Numbered from the stretch's first letter, positions 15,707 through 23,569 are shown. The stretch is DNA of 24,000 nucleotides from Waterburya sp. (GCA_965218645.1 OZ244627.1:3563771-3587770); one strand, 5' to 3'. Program-made: numbers and translations. The notes: a model not told the origin generated them from the sequence alone.

Positions 15707-16420
15707 ATGAGAAGCAGAGCAAGGCGAACAACCAATTATGCCAGCCAAAATTTAGATTCTTTTTTAGATATTCTGACAAACACTGTTGGCGTATTGATGT
15801 TTATCAGTTTGTTTGTAACTTTGATCGCCACTGGTAGTAACCCTAAAACTACAGTAACAATTCAGACTCCTTTATCCTCTCCAACCAAAAAAGAGTCTTT
15901 GTGGTTTGAAATAAAAAACAACAAAGTAATCTACCTAAACCTGCGTCAAGTAAGAGAAAAAGAACTGGAATTGACAGAGAACCTGCCTAACTGCAATAAA
16001 CCAGCAAACGGCTTAGATTCACCTGCGAGTCTAAGTAATTACCAGTCTTGTCTACTAAGCGTTTTGGGTCGTCAAAGCAACTTTAGAACTAGCACCAAAA
16101 ACTATGAGGTTCAAGCCGTAGACGAAGGTGTATCTTTGCTCTTCAGACCAATATCTGAAGAGGTAGGGGAGACAAATAGCCAGCTAGCGGCAGCAGATTC
16201 TCAGTTTAAAGAAGTTTTGTCTCAACACAAACCCAATCAAGACTATTTGGTATTTATTGTTAGACCAGATAGCTTTGAGACTTTTCGCGCAGCTAGAAAA
16301 CAAGCTTGGGATGCTGGGTATCAGGTAGGTTGGGAACCCCAAGCTCAAAACGCGCCGATAAAAATCCGTACTATACTCGGTTCTGAACTTCCTGGAGGTC
16401 AGTCTATCGGTGTGCAGTAG
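15707..16420 (+). CDS. ExbD/TolR-like single-pass membrane protein, paralog 2 (TM Asp retained)
   Basis: 237 aa. NLDSFLDILTNTVGVLMFISLFV carries Asp21 at the ExbD D25-equivalent position. The C-terminal DYLVFIVRPDSFETFRAARKQAWDAGYQVGWEP is clearly paralogous to the preceding gene. Confidence 0.6.
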   Translation: MRSRARRTTNYASQNLDSFLDILTNTVGVLMFISLFVTLIATGSNPKTTVTIQTPLSSPTKKESLWFEIKNNKVIYLNLRQVREKELELTENLPNCNKPANGLDSPASLSNYQSCLLSVLGRQSNFRTSTKNYEVQAVDEGVSLLFRPISEEVGETNSQLAAADSQFKEVLSQHKPNQDYLVFIVRPDSFETFRAARKQAWDAGYQVGWEPQAQNAPIKIRTILGSELPGGQSIGVQ

Positions 16421-16467
16421 GATGAGGAATGAGGAAAGAAAAATTGCTTGAATTATAAGTTGAAATT

Positions 16468-17184
16468 ATGACTATAACTACTTATAAATGGTCAATTGAA
16501 GAATATCACCTGCTAATTGAATCTGGACTATTAGAAGGAAAATCTGTTGAGTTGTTAGATGGTGAAATAGTTGAAATGAGTCCAGAACGAGAAGAACATA
16601 GCTATACTAATGATGATGTGGCAGAGCTACTACGAACAAAACTCAAAGGATTAGCTAAAATACGTGAATCTCATCCAATTACTTTAAACAATTCCCTTAA
16701 TTCAAGGGCAAGTGAGCCAGAACCCGATATCGCAGTCGTTAGATTACCCAAGACTATTTATCTTCAGCATCATCCATATCCTGAAGATATTTATTGGTTG
16801 ATAGAGGTGCGACCCCCTAAAGAGTTCAGCAGTTCCTTCAAGTCGGGAAACCCGCCCAACGGACTGCTTCACCGCGTCGCCGTCAGGCGCAAACGTCCGA
16901 CTCAAGCTTCCGAAATAAATTCGGAAGTCGCGGACTTGGGAACGCGCACCTTTGAAGTTTCCAACAAAACTTTAAGTAAAGATTTAGCAGAAAAAAGTAT
17001 CATTTATGCCAGTAACAACATTCAAGAGTATTGGGTAATAGATTTGGTAAACAAAAAGCTAATTGTTCATACTCATCCTCAAAACAATAGCTATTCTAAA
17101 ATAACAGAATATACTGATGGTTCAATTTCTCATTTGGCTTTTCCCGATCTTGAAATTGCTCTAGATCAACTTTTATTGTTTTAA
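16468..17184 (+). CDS. Uma2-family (DUF820) PD-(D/E)xK endonuclease carrying an in-frame 50-codon insertion
   Basis: YKWSIEEYHLLIESGLL...VELLDGEIVEMSPE, EPDIAVV, YWLIEV and, after the insertion, SKDLAEKSIIYASNNIQEYWVIDL are the standard Uma2 blocks. The insertion sits between the IEV and the D...K motifs. Confidence 0.8.
   Translation: MTITTYKWSIEEYHLLIESGLLEGKSVELLDGEIVEMSPEREEHSYTNDDVAELLRTKLKGLAKIRESHPITLNNSLNSRASEPEPDIAVVRLPKTIYLQHHPYPEDIYWLIEVRPPKEFSSSFKSGNPPNGLLHRVAVRRKRPTQASEINSEVADLGTRTFEVSNKTLSKDLAEKSIIYASNNIQEYWVIDLVNKKLIVHTHPQNNSYSKITEYTDGSISHLAFPDLEIALDQLLLF
16809..16958. mobile_element. 150-bp GC-rich, hairpin-rich MITE-like insertion inside the Uma2 gene
   Basis: The composition shifts abruptly from AT-rich to GC-rich. 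Terminal inverted repeat: ggtgcg (16806-16811) / cgcacc (16945-16950). Internal hairpins: cttccgaa-ataaa-ttcggaag, cggg-aaa-cccg, cgcc-gtca-ggcg. It is flanked by gaggt (16804-16808) and gaagt (16954-16958), a possible target duplication. Confidence 0.45.
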
Positions 17185-17198
17185 CTTTTTTATTGCTC

Positions 17199-17426
17199 AT
17201 GAAAGCATTTGTAGGTTTATTAAATTTTTCGATGTGGGCAGGTTATGTTGCAGCGATCGCCATTTTCTCAATTCAAAACATTAAACCTGTATCGCTTAAG
17301 TTTCTCATGTTTCAATCTATCAATTTACCCGTAGGAGTATTATTGACTTTTTGTGGCGCAGCAGGAATAATTATTGGCTGGTTCATTCCCTTATTATTTT
17401 CTAGAAGAAGAAGAGCTAACTTGTAA
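17199..17426 (+). CDS. Small membrane protein, LapA-domain (DUF1049)-like
   Basis: About 75 aa with two TM helices and a C-terminal RRRRANL. The pattern ...SIQNIKPVSLKFLMFQSINLPVGVLL... is typical of DUF1049. The track begins at TTG 17193; ATG 17199 is the more likely start. Confidence 0.55.
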   Translation: MKAFVGLLNFSMWAGYVAAIAIFSIQNIKPVSLKFLMFQSINLPVGVLLTFCGAAGIIIGWFIPLLFSRRRRANL

Positions 17427-17448
17427 CTTTATCTAAAAAGCTAAAAGC

Positions 17449-17501
17449 GCAGCGCATTCGCGCAGTCCGCACTCTTAGGGCTTCGATGCTTCGCATTGTG
17501 T
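17449..17501. repeat. 53-bp GC-rich insert flanked by a 10-bp direct repeat (agctaaaagc)
   Basis: agctaaaagc occurs at 17439-17448 and 17502-17511, bracketing gcagcgcattcgcgcagtccgcactcttagggcttcgatgcttcgcattgtgt in an otherwise AT-rich convergent intergenic region. Confidence 0.35.
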
Positions 17502-17572
17502 AGCTAAAAGCTGATAGCTAAAAACCAGTTAATTAAAAACGTAGTCCATCAAGCATGAAAACTGCTGTAATA

Positions 17573-18253
17573 TCATTGCTTTTGAGAAGCCAATTTATCT
17601 GCCCATCTAGTAGTCTCAGGCAAACGGTATTTTGTCAAACAGCCCATCACATATTCGATCGCCGTAGGCAAACTGATCTTGTGTCCTATTGATACATAAA
17701 TAGGCTTTACTTTGGTGCGCGATCGCAACACCATGCCGATAGTCTCATCCTTATCTATTAAAGGCTGCTTGCTACCTTTGGCTAAAGCAACTTCTTCGTG
17801 TTTACCAATAAACAAGGATTTTGCTACTCCAATAGTGGGAATATCTAACAGCACTCCTAAATGAGATGCCAACCCTAGGCGACGAGGATGAGCCAAACCT
17901 TGACCGTCACATAGAATAAGATCAGGGATAGTATTTAACTGGGGAAAGGCTGCCAAAATTGCGGGAATTTCGCGAAAAGAAAGATATCCAGGCACATAAG
18001 GAAAAGCTGTAGGAATACGAGCGATCGCTTTTTCCACTAACTCTAATTCTGGATAACTCAATACCACTACTGCTGCTTTGGAAATAGCATAGTTAGCTTC
18101 AAAGCCAATATCTACTCCAGCTACATATTTAACCTCTCCCAAAGTGTCTGTGGTAATTACTTGATGTCTTAATTGCTCCTGAATTTCCTTGGCTTCGGCT
18201 ACAGTTTTGACCCAGGGATGGTTAAAATTAATTTTCAATTTATCTACTCTCAT
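17573..18253 (-). CDS. nfi: Endonuclease V (deoxyinosine 3' endonuclease)
   Basis: 226 aa. VAGVDIGFE, FPYVPGYLSFREIP, ILCDGQGLAHPRRLGLASHLGVLLDIPTIGVAKS are canonical Nfi motifs. Confidence 0.92.
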   Translation of the reverse strand: MRVDKLKINFNHPWVKTVAEAKEIQEQLRHQVITTDTLGEVKYVAGVDIGFEANYAISKAAVVVLSYPELELVEKAIARIPTAFPYVPGYLSFREIPAILAAFPQLNTIPDLILCDGQGLAHPRRLGLASHLGVLLDIPTIGVAKSLFIGKHEEVALAKGSKQPLIDKDETIGMVLRSRTKVKPIYVSIGHKISLPTAIEYVMGCLTKYRLPETTRWADKLASQKQ

Positions 18254-18285
18254 TTGCCTTACAACTTTTATTAAGTAACGTTAAG

Positions 18286-19599
18286 ATGTCTGTAGCTGAT
18301 TCCCTTCAGCAATTTTTATCACTAAGAAAATTTGTGAAAGCCTGGAAAGTTCTCGAAAAAGCCACAAAACAAAAGCTGATTAACTTATTTACGGCAGGAT
18401 TGCTATTCTGGATTAGCATCACCTTATTATTACCAACTTTACCTACTTATATCCAAGTAATGGGCGGTACTACTCAACAGGTAGGAATAGTAATGAGTTG
18501 TTTTGCGATTGGGCTTTTGGGTTCTCGTACTTGGTTAGGAAAAGTAGCAGATTACCGTAGCCGAAAACTAGTGATTTTAATTGGTGCGCTAGTAGCAGCT
18601 ATAGCACCTATAGGCTATTTACTGGTTGATTCTATAGTTGGTTTAGCAGAGATTAGGGCTTTTCACGGCATTAGTATCGCCGCTTTTACCATTGGCTATA
18701 GTGCTTTGGTAGTGGATTTAGCACCGCTACAACATCGAGGAACGTTGATTGGCTATATGAATTTGGCTGTGCCGATTGGGATGTCTGTAGGACCAGCTAT
18801 GGGGGGATTTTTACAGGCTAGTGGCAAACTATTTGTTCGCGATGGTACGGGCTACGAAGTTGTATTTATAAGCTCAATAATCTGCGGTATTTTGGCTTTT
18901 TTATTGGCTAGTCAAATTAAAGAATCAGCCTTACCAGAAGCAGAATCTCAACCAAAGTTGAGTAACAGTAGGCGAGATTTTTGGCAGTTAACCAAAGATC
19001 CTGGTTTAATTGTGCCAACTATTATTTTATTGCTGGTAGGTTTGGTTTTTGGGACTTTAGTTGCTTTTCTACCTTTATATATTAAAGAGTTGCAGCTAAA
19101 CTTTAATGTAGGATTATTTTATACTGCAACGGCGATCGCCTCTTTTTCAGTCAGACTGTTTATTGGTCAAGCAAGCGATCGCTATGGTCGGGGCTTATTT
19201 ATCAGTGGCGCACTTGTTTGCTATATTATTTCGATGGTGTTGCTGACCTTGGCACAGACTCCCATCATGTTTATCTTAGCTGCGATCGCCGAAGGAGCAG
19301 GAGCAGGAATACTAATTCCTTTGGTTTTAGCTTTAATTGCCGATCGCTCCTATGCCCAAGAAAGAGGACGGGTTTTTGCCTTGTGTATGGGAGGATTTGA
19401 CTTAGGAATTGCCCTAGGAGGCTTTATTCTTGGTTCTCTATCTTTTGTCTTAGGAGGTTATCAAGGCATCTTTGCCTTAGCTGCAATCTTGGCTTTAGTC
19501 GCCCTAGTCATCTTTGTGACCCAAGCAGGCAAAAACTTCCGTCATTCTCTTTACTTTGCCCTGGGAAAAGCTCAGGATGTTTATGCCCTAAATAAATAG
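18286..19599 (+). CDS. MFS transporter
   Basis: 437 aa, about 12 TM helices. It has MFS loop motifs (GKVADYRSRK between TM2 and TM3; ASDRYGRG in the second half). Confidence 0.85.
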   Translation: MSVADSLQQFLSLRKFVKAWKVLEKATKQKLINLFTAGLLFWISITLLLPTLPTYIQVMGGTTQQVGIVMSCFAIGLLGSRTWLGKVADYRSRKLVILIGALVAAIAPIGYLLVDSIVGLAEIRAFHGISIAAFTIGYSALVVDLAPLQHRGTLIGYMNLAVPIGMSVGPAMGGFLQASGKLFVRDGTGYEVVFISSIICGILAFLLASQIKESALPEAESQPKLSNSRRDFWQLTKDPGLIVPTIILLLVGLVFGTLVAFLPLYIKELQLNFNVGLFYTATAIASFSVRLFIGQASDRYGRGLFISGALVCYIISMVLLTLAQTPIMFILAAIAEGAGAGILIPLVLALIADRSYAQERGRVFALCMGGFDLGIALGGFILGSLSFVLGGYQGIFALAAILALVALVIFVTQAGKNFRHSLYFALGKAQDVYALNK

Positions 19600-19621
19600 T
19601 CGACGTAAATCCAGGATAAGC

Positions 19622-19921
19622 CTATTGTTCTTGTTCCATCGAATTAGACTGTACTGACCCCAACTGTTGTCTAACGTCATCAATTGCCAAATTCAATTGA
19701 GCAATTTTGTCTTCTAAACCATGACGAGCTAGTTCAATACTCTCTTCACTATCAAAAGGTGTTGCTTTACCACTGCGTAAAATTGTATTATCTTGTTCTA
19801 CAACTTGTTTCTCGCTGCGATTTGCCAGTGCTGTCCCCAGCAGTCCGCCAACAACACCGCCAATAATTGAACCGAAAATAAATCCACTGCCAAAACCATT
19901 CTGTTGACTCATAGTAATCAA
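19622..19921 (-). CDS. YtxH-domain-like small protein (glycine-zipper TM helix plus amphipathic helix)
   Basis: 99 aa. GFGSGFIFGSIIGGVVGGLLGTALANR is followed by a charged helical C-terminus. The start may be the fourth codon (MSQQ). Confidence 0.55.
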   Translation of the reverse strand: MITMSQQNGFGSGFIFGSIIGGVVGGLLGTALANRSEKQVVEQDNTILRSGKATPFDSEESIELARHGLEDKIAQLNLAIDDVRQQLGSVQSNSMEQEQ

Positions 19922-19955
19922 ACTACTTAATACTGTTTATTTGAAGTTTGGTAAT

Positions 19956-20606
19956 TTAAGTGCCAAAAGCGCGATCGCCTGCGTCCCCTAAACCAGGAAC
20001 TATATATCCTTTGCTGTTTAATCCTTCATCGATAGTAGCCGTATAAATTTCTAGTCCAGGATAATTTTCGCTCAATTGTCTAAGAGCAGGAGGAGCAGCA
20101 ACCACGGAGACAATCCGAATAAACTCAGGCTGGACACCTCGACTAACAATCTCCTTCATTGCCATCATAATCGATCCTCCCGTAGCTAGCATCGGTTCAA
20201 GGATAACGATTCTTACTTGGGGGTTAAAGCGATCGGGTAATTTATTTAAATAACACTCAGGTTCAAGAGTTGATTCATTCCGTGCCAGACCTAAATGATA
20301 AATCCCTGCTAAAGGCAGAATTTGTTGCACTCCATCTAACAATACCAAACCTGCTCGTAAAATTGGTACTATTCCCACAGGCATCTCAGGGTTAATAAAT
20401 GTGGCAGAGCATTCTTTTAATGGGGTTTGGACTACTGTATCTAAAGTAGGCAGCCAATTTCTGGTCGCTTCATAAGTCAACCATCGTCCTAATTCCGTCA
20501 TCGCACTTTTGAATAGCACAGAAGGTGTATCAACGTCCCGTGCAACCGCCAGCCAATGTTTAATCAAAGGATGTTCTGGAACATAAACTCGCAGTTGTAA
20601 AGTCAT
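19956..20606 (-). CDS. upp: Uracil phosphoribosyltransferase
   Basis: 216 aa. HPLIKHWLAVARD, the PRPP-binding loop ILEPMLATGGS, and the C-terminal YIVPGLGDAGDRAFGT are diagnostic. Confidence 0.95.
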   Translation of the reverse strand: MTLQLRVYVPEHPLIKHWLAVARDVDTPSVLFKSAMTELGRWLTYEATRNWLPTLDTVVQTPLKECSATFINPEMPVGIVPILRAGLVLLDGVQQILPLAGIYHLGLARNESTLEPECYLNKLPDRFNPQVRIVILEPMLATGGSIMMAMKEIVSRGVQPEFIRIVSVVAAPPALRQLSENYPGLEIYTATIDEGLNSKGYIVPGLGDAGDRAFGT

Positions 20607-20735
20607 ATTGGCAAAATATTCTGTGCTGAAAAACGTCGAACCTACAGCAAGGTTAGCATTACGTAGCCATTCTACAAACCTGCCGCCAGCTTCTAAATTT
20701 AATTCTGCCTAATATTTTACCGATAAAAATACCAA

Positions 20736-20948
20736 TTAAATCGATCTACATCTTTGATCGATCCAATGTTTAGCTTGACGAATAGCATCTATACTGGTCA
20801 TAGCAAAAGGTACAGCTACAGCACAGCCTCGCTCATGATTGACCCATGCTGCATAGATACAGTGTCCATCTAATTCGTCACGGTCTATTTCTACTTTGCA
20901 GCCACGATAAGCAAAAGAGAGAATAATCTGAGGATAATTAGGCTTCAT
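20736..20948 (-). CDS. Hypothetical protein (70 aa)
   Basis: ORF with balanced composition. I recognise no motif. Confidence 0.45.
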   Translation of the reverse strand: MKPNYPQIILSFAYRGCKVEIDRDELDGHCIYAAWVNHERGCAVAVPFAMTSIDAIRQAKHWIDQRCRSI

Positions 20949-21200
20949 TATGGTTGTTCAAAAAACAAAATTGACGGTATCGAATCAAATGATTGCTAAT
21001 AAATGAACTATTTACACGCTCGAATTAGCGACTCGTTCAAGTTTTACTGGTTTTGTTTCTCGCTTCAACAATTTCCCAAATTTCCTGCCATCTATTAACA
21101 ATTATGCGCCTCATTTTGTTTGATTGCCATTGAGGAATACTACGGGTTTGAGAGTTTTTGAATTTAGTCACGATACTCATTTGTTAAATATGAATTAAGT

Positions 21201-21237
21201 GAGCGGATATAGAGTTAAATATCCAAAATATCCGCTC
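21201..21237 (-). terminator. Hairpin 17 nt downstream of the sodB stop (candidate terminator)
   Basis: gagcggatat (21201-21210) pairs perfectly with atatccgctc (21228-21237). The T-tract is better on the plus strand (ttgttttaatttc) than on the minus strand, so it may act bidirectionally or only as a stabiliser. Confidence 0.4.
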
Positions 21238-21253
21238 TTGTTTTAATTTCTAC

Positions 21254-21853
21254 TTACGCAGCAGCCAAATTTTGAGCCACAAAATCCCAATTGACTAATT
21301 TACCGAGAAAATCATCGATATAAGCAGGACGTTTATTTTGATAATCGAGATAGTAGGCATGTTCCCAAACATCCATAGTTAGTAGAGGAACTTGTTCGCT
21401 AGTTAGAGGATTATCAGCATTCAGAGTTTTAGTAACTTTGAGTGTATCGCCATCTAAAACTAGCCACGCCCAACCACTGCCAAACTGAGTCGCACCTGCG
21501 TTTTTAAAAGCTTCGACAAATTTGTCAAAACTACCAAAGTCAGCCTCAATTTTTTGAGCTAATTCTCCTGTAGGAGTACCACCGCCATTGGGTTTCATAC
21601 ATTGCCAATAAAAAGTATGATTCCAAGCTTGGGCAGCATTGTTAAACAGTCCAGCTTTGCTGGTATCTTGGGCGATCGCTTTGATGACCTCTTCAATAGA
21701 TTGGCTATCTAATTCTGTTCCTTTTACTGCGTCATTGTATTTACTAACATAGGCAGCATGATGCTTGTCATGATGAAATTCCAAGGTGCTTTGAGAAATT
21801 GATGGTTCTAAAGCCTTGTAGTCGTAAGGAAGGGATGGTAATTCGTAAGCCAT
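21254..21853 (-). CDS. sodB: Iron superoxide dismutase
   Basis: 199 aa from MAYELPSLPYDYKALEP. It has FHHDKHH, AAQAWNHTFYW (Fe-type signature) and DVWEHAYYLDYQNKRP. The ORF-track version (to 22030) adds 59 non-homologous residues from a non-ATG start. Confidence 0.95.
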   Translation of the reverse strand: MAYELPSLPYDYKALEPSISQSTLEFHHDKHHAAYVSKYNDAVKGTELDSQSIEEVIKAIAQDTSKAGLFNNAAQAWNHTFYWQCMKPNGGGTPTGELAQKIEADFGSFDKFVEAFKNAGATQFGSGWAWLVLDGDTLKVTKTLNADNPLTSEQVPLLTMDVWEHAYYLDYQNKRPAYIDDFLGKLVNWDFVAQNLAAA

Positions 21854-22307
21854 TTTTGTTTGTTCTCTCGCTATAAAAAATTGCGGTAGCCAAATATTTG
21901 GAACATTGCTTTTGTTATTAGCGTGATTTTGGCAGCAAATAACGGATGTTAAGCCTATTTCCAGTCCTTTTGCTGATATTACCGTAGTTTTGATAAATAA
22001 AAAATGCTTATCCCCAGGAGGGGGAATCAAGTGGTTTGAGGAAAGACCAATTGAGAGTAACCCTGCTGCTGAATCTTGCTGAACATTTTACTAAAAGCGA
22101 TCGCTCGGCTACGGATCATGTAACCGCCCTCAAAAAAAACGAATATCTGGCGACAAGTTACCTGTAGACAAGTCCTTTATTACGAAATAATTTCAAGTCG
22201 GCTTTTTTTACTTCCAGTCAACCAAAATAAAAATGTTTTGTAAATGTGTTGCAGTTTATTTAAGATTGTATTAAAATTAAATTTCAAATAAATCAAGTCG
22301 TAAATTT

Positions 22308-23369
22308 ATGATCAAAAGTAAGCAATTTATAGGTTGGATGTTAGCAGGGCTAATCGCTAGCGGTGCGATCGCTAGTTGTTCTTCTTTCCAAGGTAAAGCT
22401 AGTAGCAGTAGCCAAGCCCAAGCACAAGAGCCAGAAGAAGCCAAGCTGACTTTAGTTTCCTACGCGGTTACTCAGAGTGCCTACGAAAAAATTATTCCTA
22501 AATTTACGCAACAATGGAAAGCCAAAACTGGACAGGATGTAGTTATCGAGCAGAGTTATGGCGGTTCTGGTTCACAAACTCGCGCTGTAATTGATGGTTT
22601 AGAAGCAGATGTTGTAGCCTTGGCATTAGCTTTAGATACCAAAAAGATCGAAGAAGCAGGATTGATCGAACCAAACTGGGAACAAGAGTTACCCAATGAA
22701 TCGATCGCCCATAAATCCGTAGTGGCAATAGTTAAACGGGATGATAGCGTCAAAGTATCGAAATGGTCGGATTTAGCTAATCCAGGGATTGAAGTAATTA
22801 CCGCTAATCCAAAAACCTCTGGTGGTGCGAGATGGAATTATCTGGCTCTCTGGGGTTCTATAACCCAGGCTGGAGGAAGCCAGCAAAAAGCAGAAGCCTT
22901 TACCGAAAAAATATTTGCCAACGCTCCTGTATTACCTGAAGATGCCCGCGAAGCGAGTGATGTTTTCTATCAACAGGGACAGGGTAATGTCTTAATCAAT
23001 TACGAAAACGAAGTCTTACTAGCTAAACAAAAAGGCGAAACTTTGCCTTACATTATTCCTACCGATTACAACATTTCAATTGATAGTCCAGTAGCGGTAG
23101 TCGATGCCAATGTGGATAAGCACGGTACAAGAGAAGTTGCTCAGGCTTTTACTGAATTTCTTTTTACTCCTGAAGCACAACAAGAATTCGCTCAAGCTGG
23201 CTTTCGTCCCATCGAAACAACTGTCAACAAAGAATTTATCAAACAATATCCCGTAATCAACAAACTATTTACCGTCAAGGATTTAGGTAGCTGGGATAAA
23301 ATCCAGGGGCAATTTTTTGATGATGGTGCAGAGTTCGACAAAATGATGACCAAAATCAACCAAAAATAG
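22308..23369 (+). CDS. sbpA: Sulfate/thiosulfate ABC transporter substrate-binding protein
   Basis: 353 aa with a lipoprotein-like signal (ASGAIASCSS). SYGGSGSQTRAVIDGLEADVVALALALD and ANPKTSGGARWNYLALWG are Sbp/CysP family blocks. cysT follows. Confidence 0.9.
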   Translation: MIKSKQFIGWMLAGLIASGAIASCSSFQGKASSSSQAQAQEPEEAKLTLVSYAVTQSAYEKIIPKFTQQWKAKTGQDVVIEQSYGGSGSQTRAVIDGLEADVVALALALDTKKIEEAGLIEPNWEQELPNESIAHKSVVAIVKRDDSVKVSKWSDLANPGIEVITANPKTSGGARWNYLALWGSITQAGGSQQKAEAFTEKIFANAPVLPEDAREASDVFYQQGQGNVLINYENEVLLAKQKGETLPYIIPTDYNISIDSPVAVVDANVDKHGTREVAQAFTEFLFTPEAQQEFAQAGFRPIETTVNKEFIKQYPVINKLFTVKDLGSWDKIQGQFFDDGAEFDKMMTKINQK

Positions 23370-23569
23370 TTTTAAGCATCAATTAATTCTACTTAGCAAA
23401 AATATTCAGGTGTAATTATGAAAAACCAAAAATCGAATCTGCAAACAATACTGTGAAAATCTTGACTCTTTGAGGGTCAAATTGGCTCTTAAAATTCCCA
23501 AGCATAATTTTTCTGAGTTGATGCTATGGAATGTAGCTCAGGTCACAATGGTCGATTTACAAATTATTT

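Noticed and set aside
13755-17184. Calling the block a bona fide Zorya system
   Set aside because: There is no MotB-like OmpA/peptidoglycan-binding domain in either anchor protein and no ZorC/ZorD/ZorE homolog. Uma2 genes are promiscuously distributed in cyanobacteria, and similar exbB/exbD-like paralog clusters are known as conserved cyanobacterial genes. I kept it as an analogy and hypothesis only.
19218-19866. ORFs 19218-19400 (+) and 19684-19866 (+)
   Set aside because: The first is an alternative frame inside the MFS gene. The second is antisense to the YtxH-like gene. Neither has supporting features.
21037-21180. 47-codon minus-strand ORF (MSIVTKFKNSQTRSIPQWQSNKMRRIIVNRWQEIWEIVEARNKTSKT) between sodB and the 70-aa gene
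   Set aside because: I recognise no family and see no obvious ribosome-binding site, and chance ORFs of this size are common in AT-rich intergenic DNA. It could be real, but I cannot support it without conservation data.
21854-22030. 59-codon N-terminal extension of sodB in the ORF track
   Set aside because: The extension starts at a non-ATG codon and has no SOD homology. The canonical FeSOD N-terminus MAYELPSLPYDY begins at the internal ATG (21851-21853).
22543-22753. Two minus-strand ORFs inside sbpA
   Set aside because: They are antisense shadows of a well-supported substrate-binding protein gene.
23527-23560. tRNA-like D-arm string (aatgtagctcaggtcacaatgg)
   Set aside because: Only the GTAGCTCAG-like segment is present. 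It has no matching acceptor stem, anticodon arm or GTTCGAATC-type T-loop, so it is not a tRNA.
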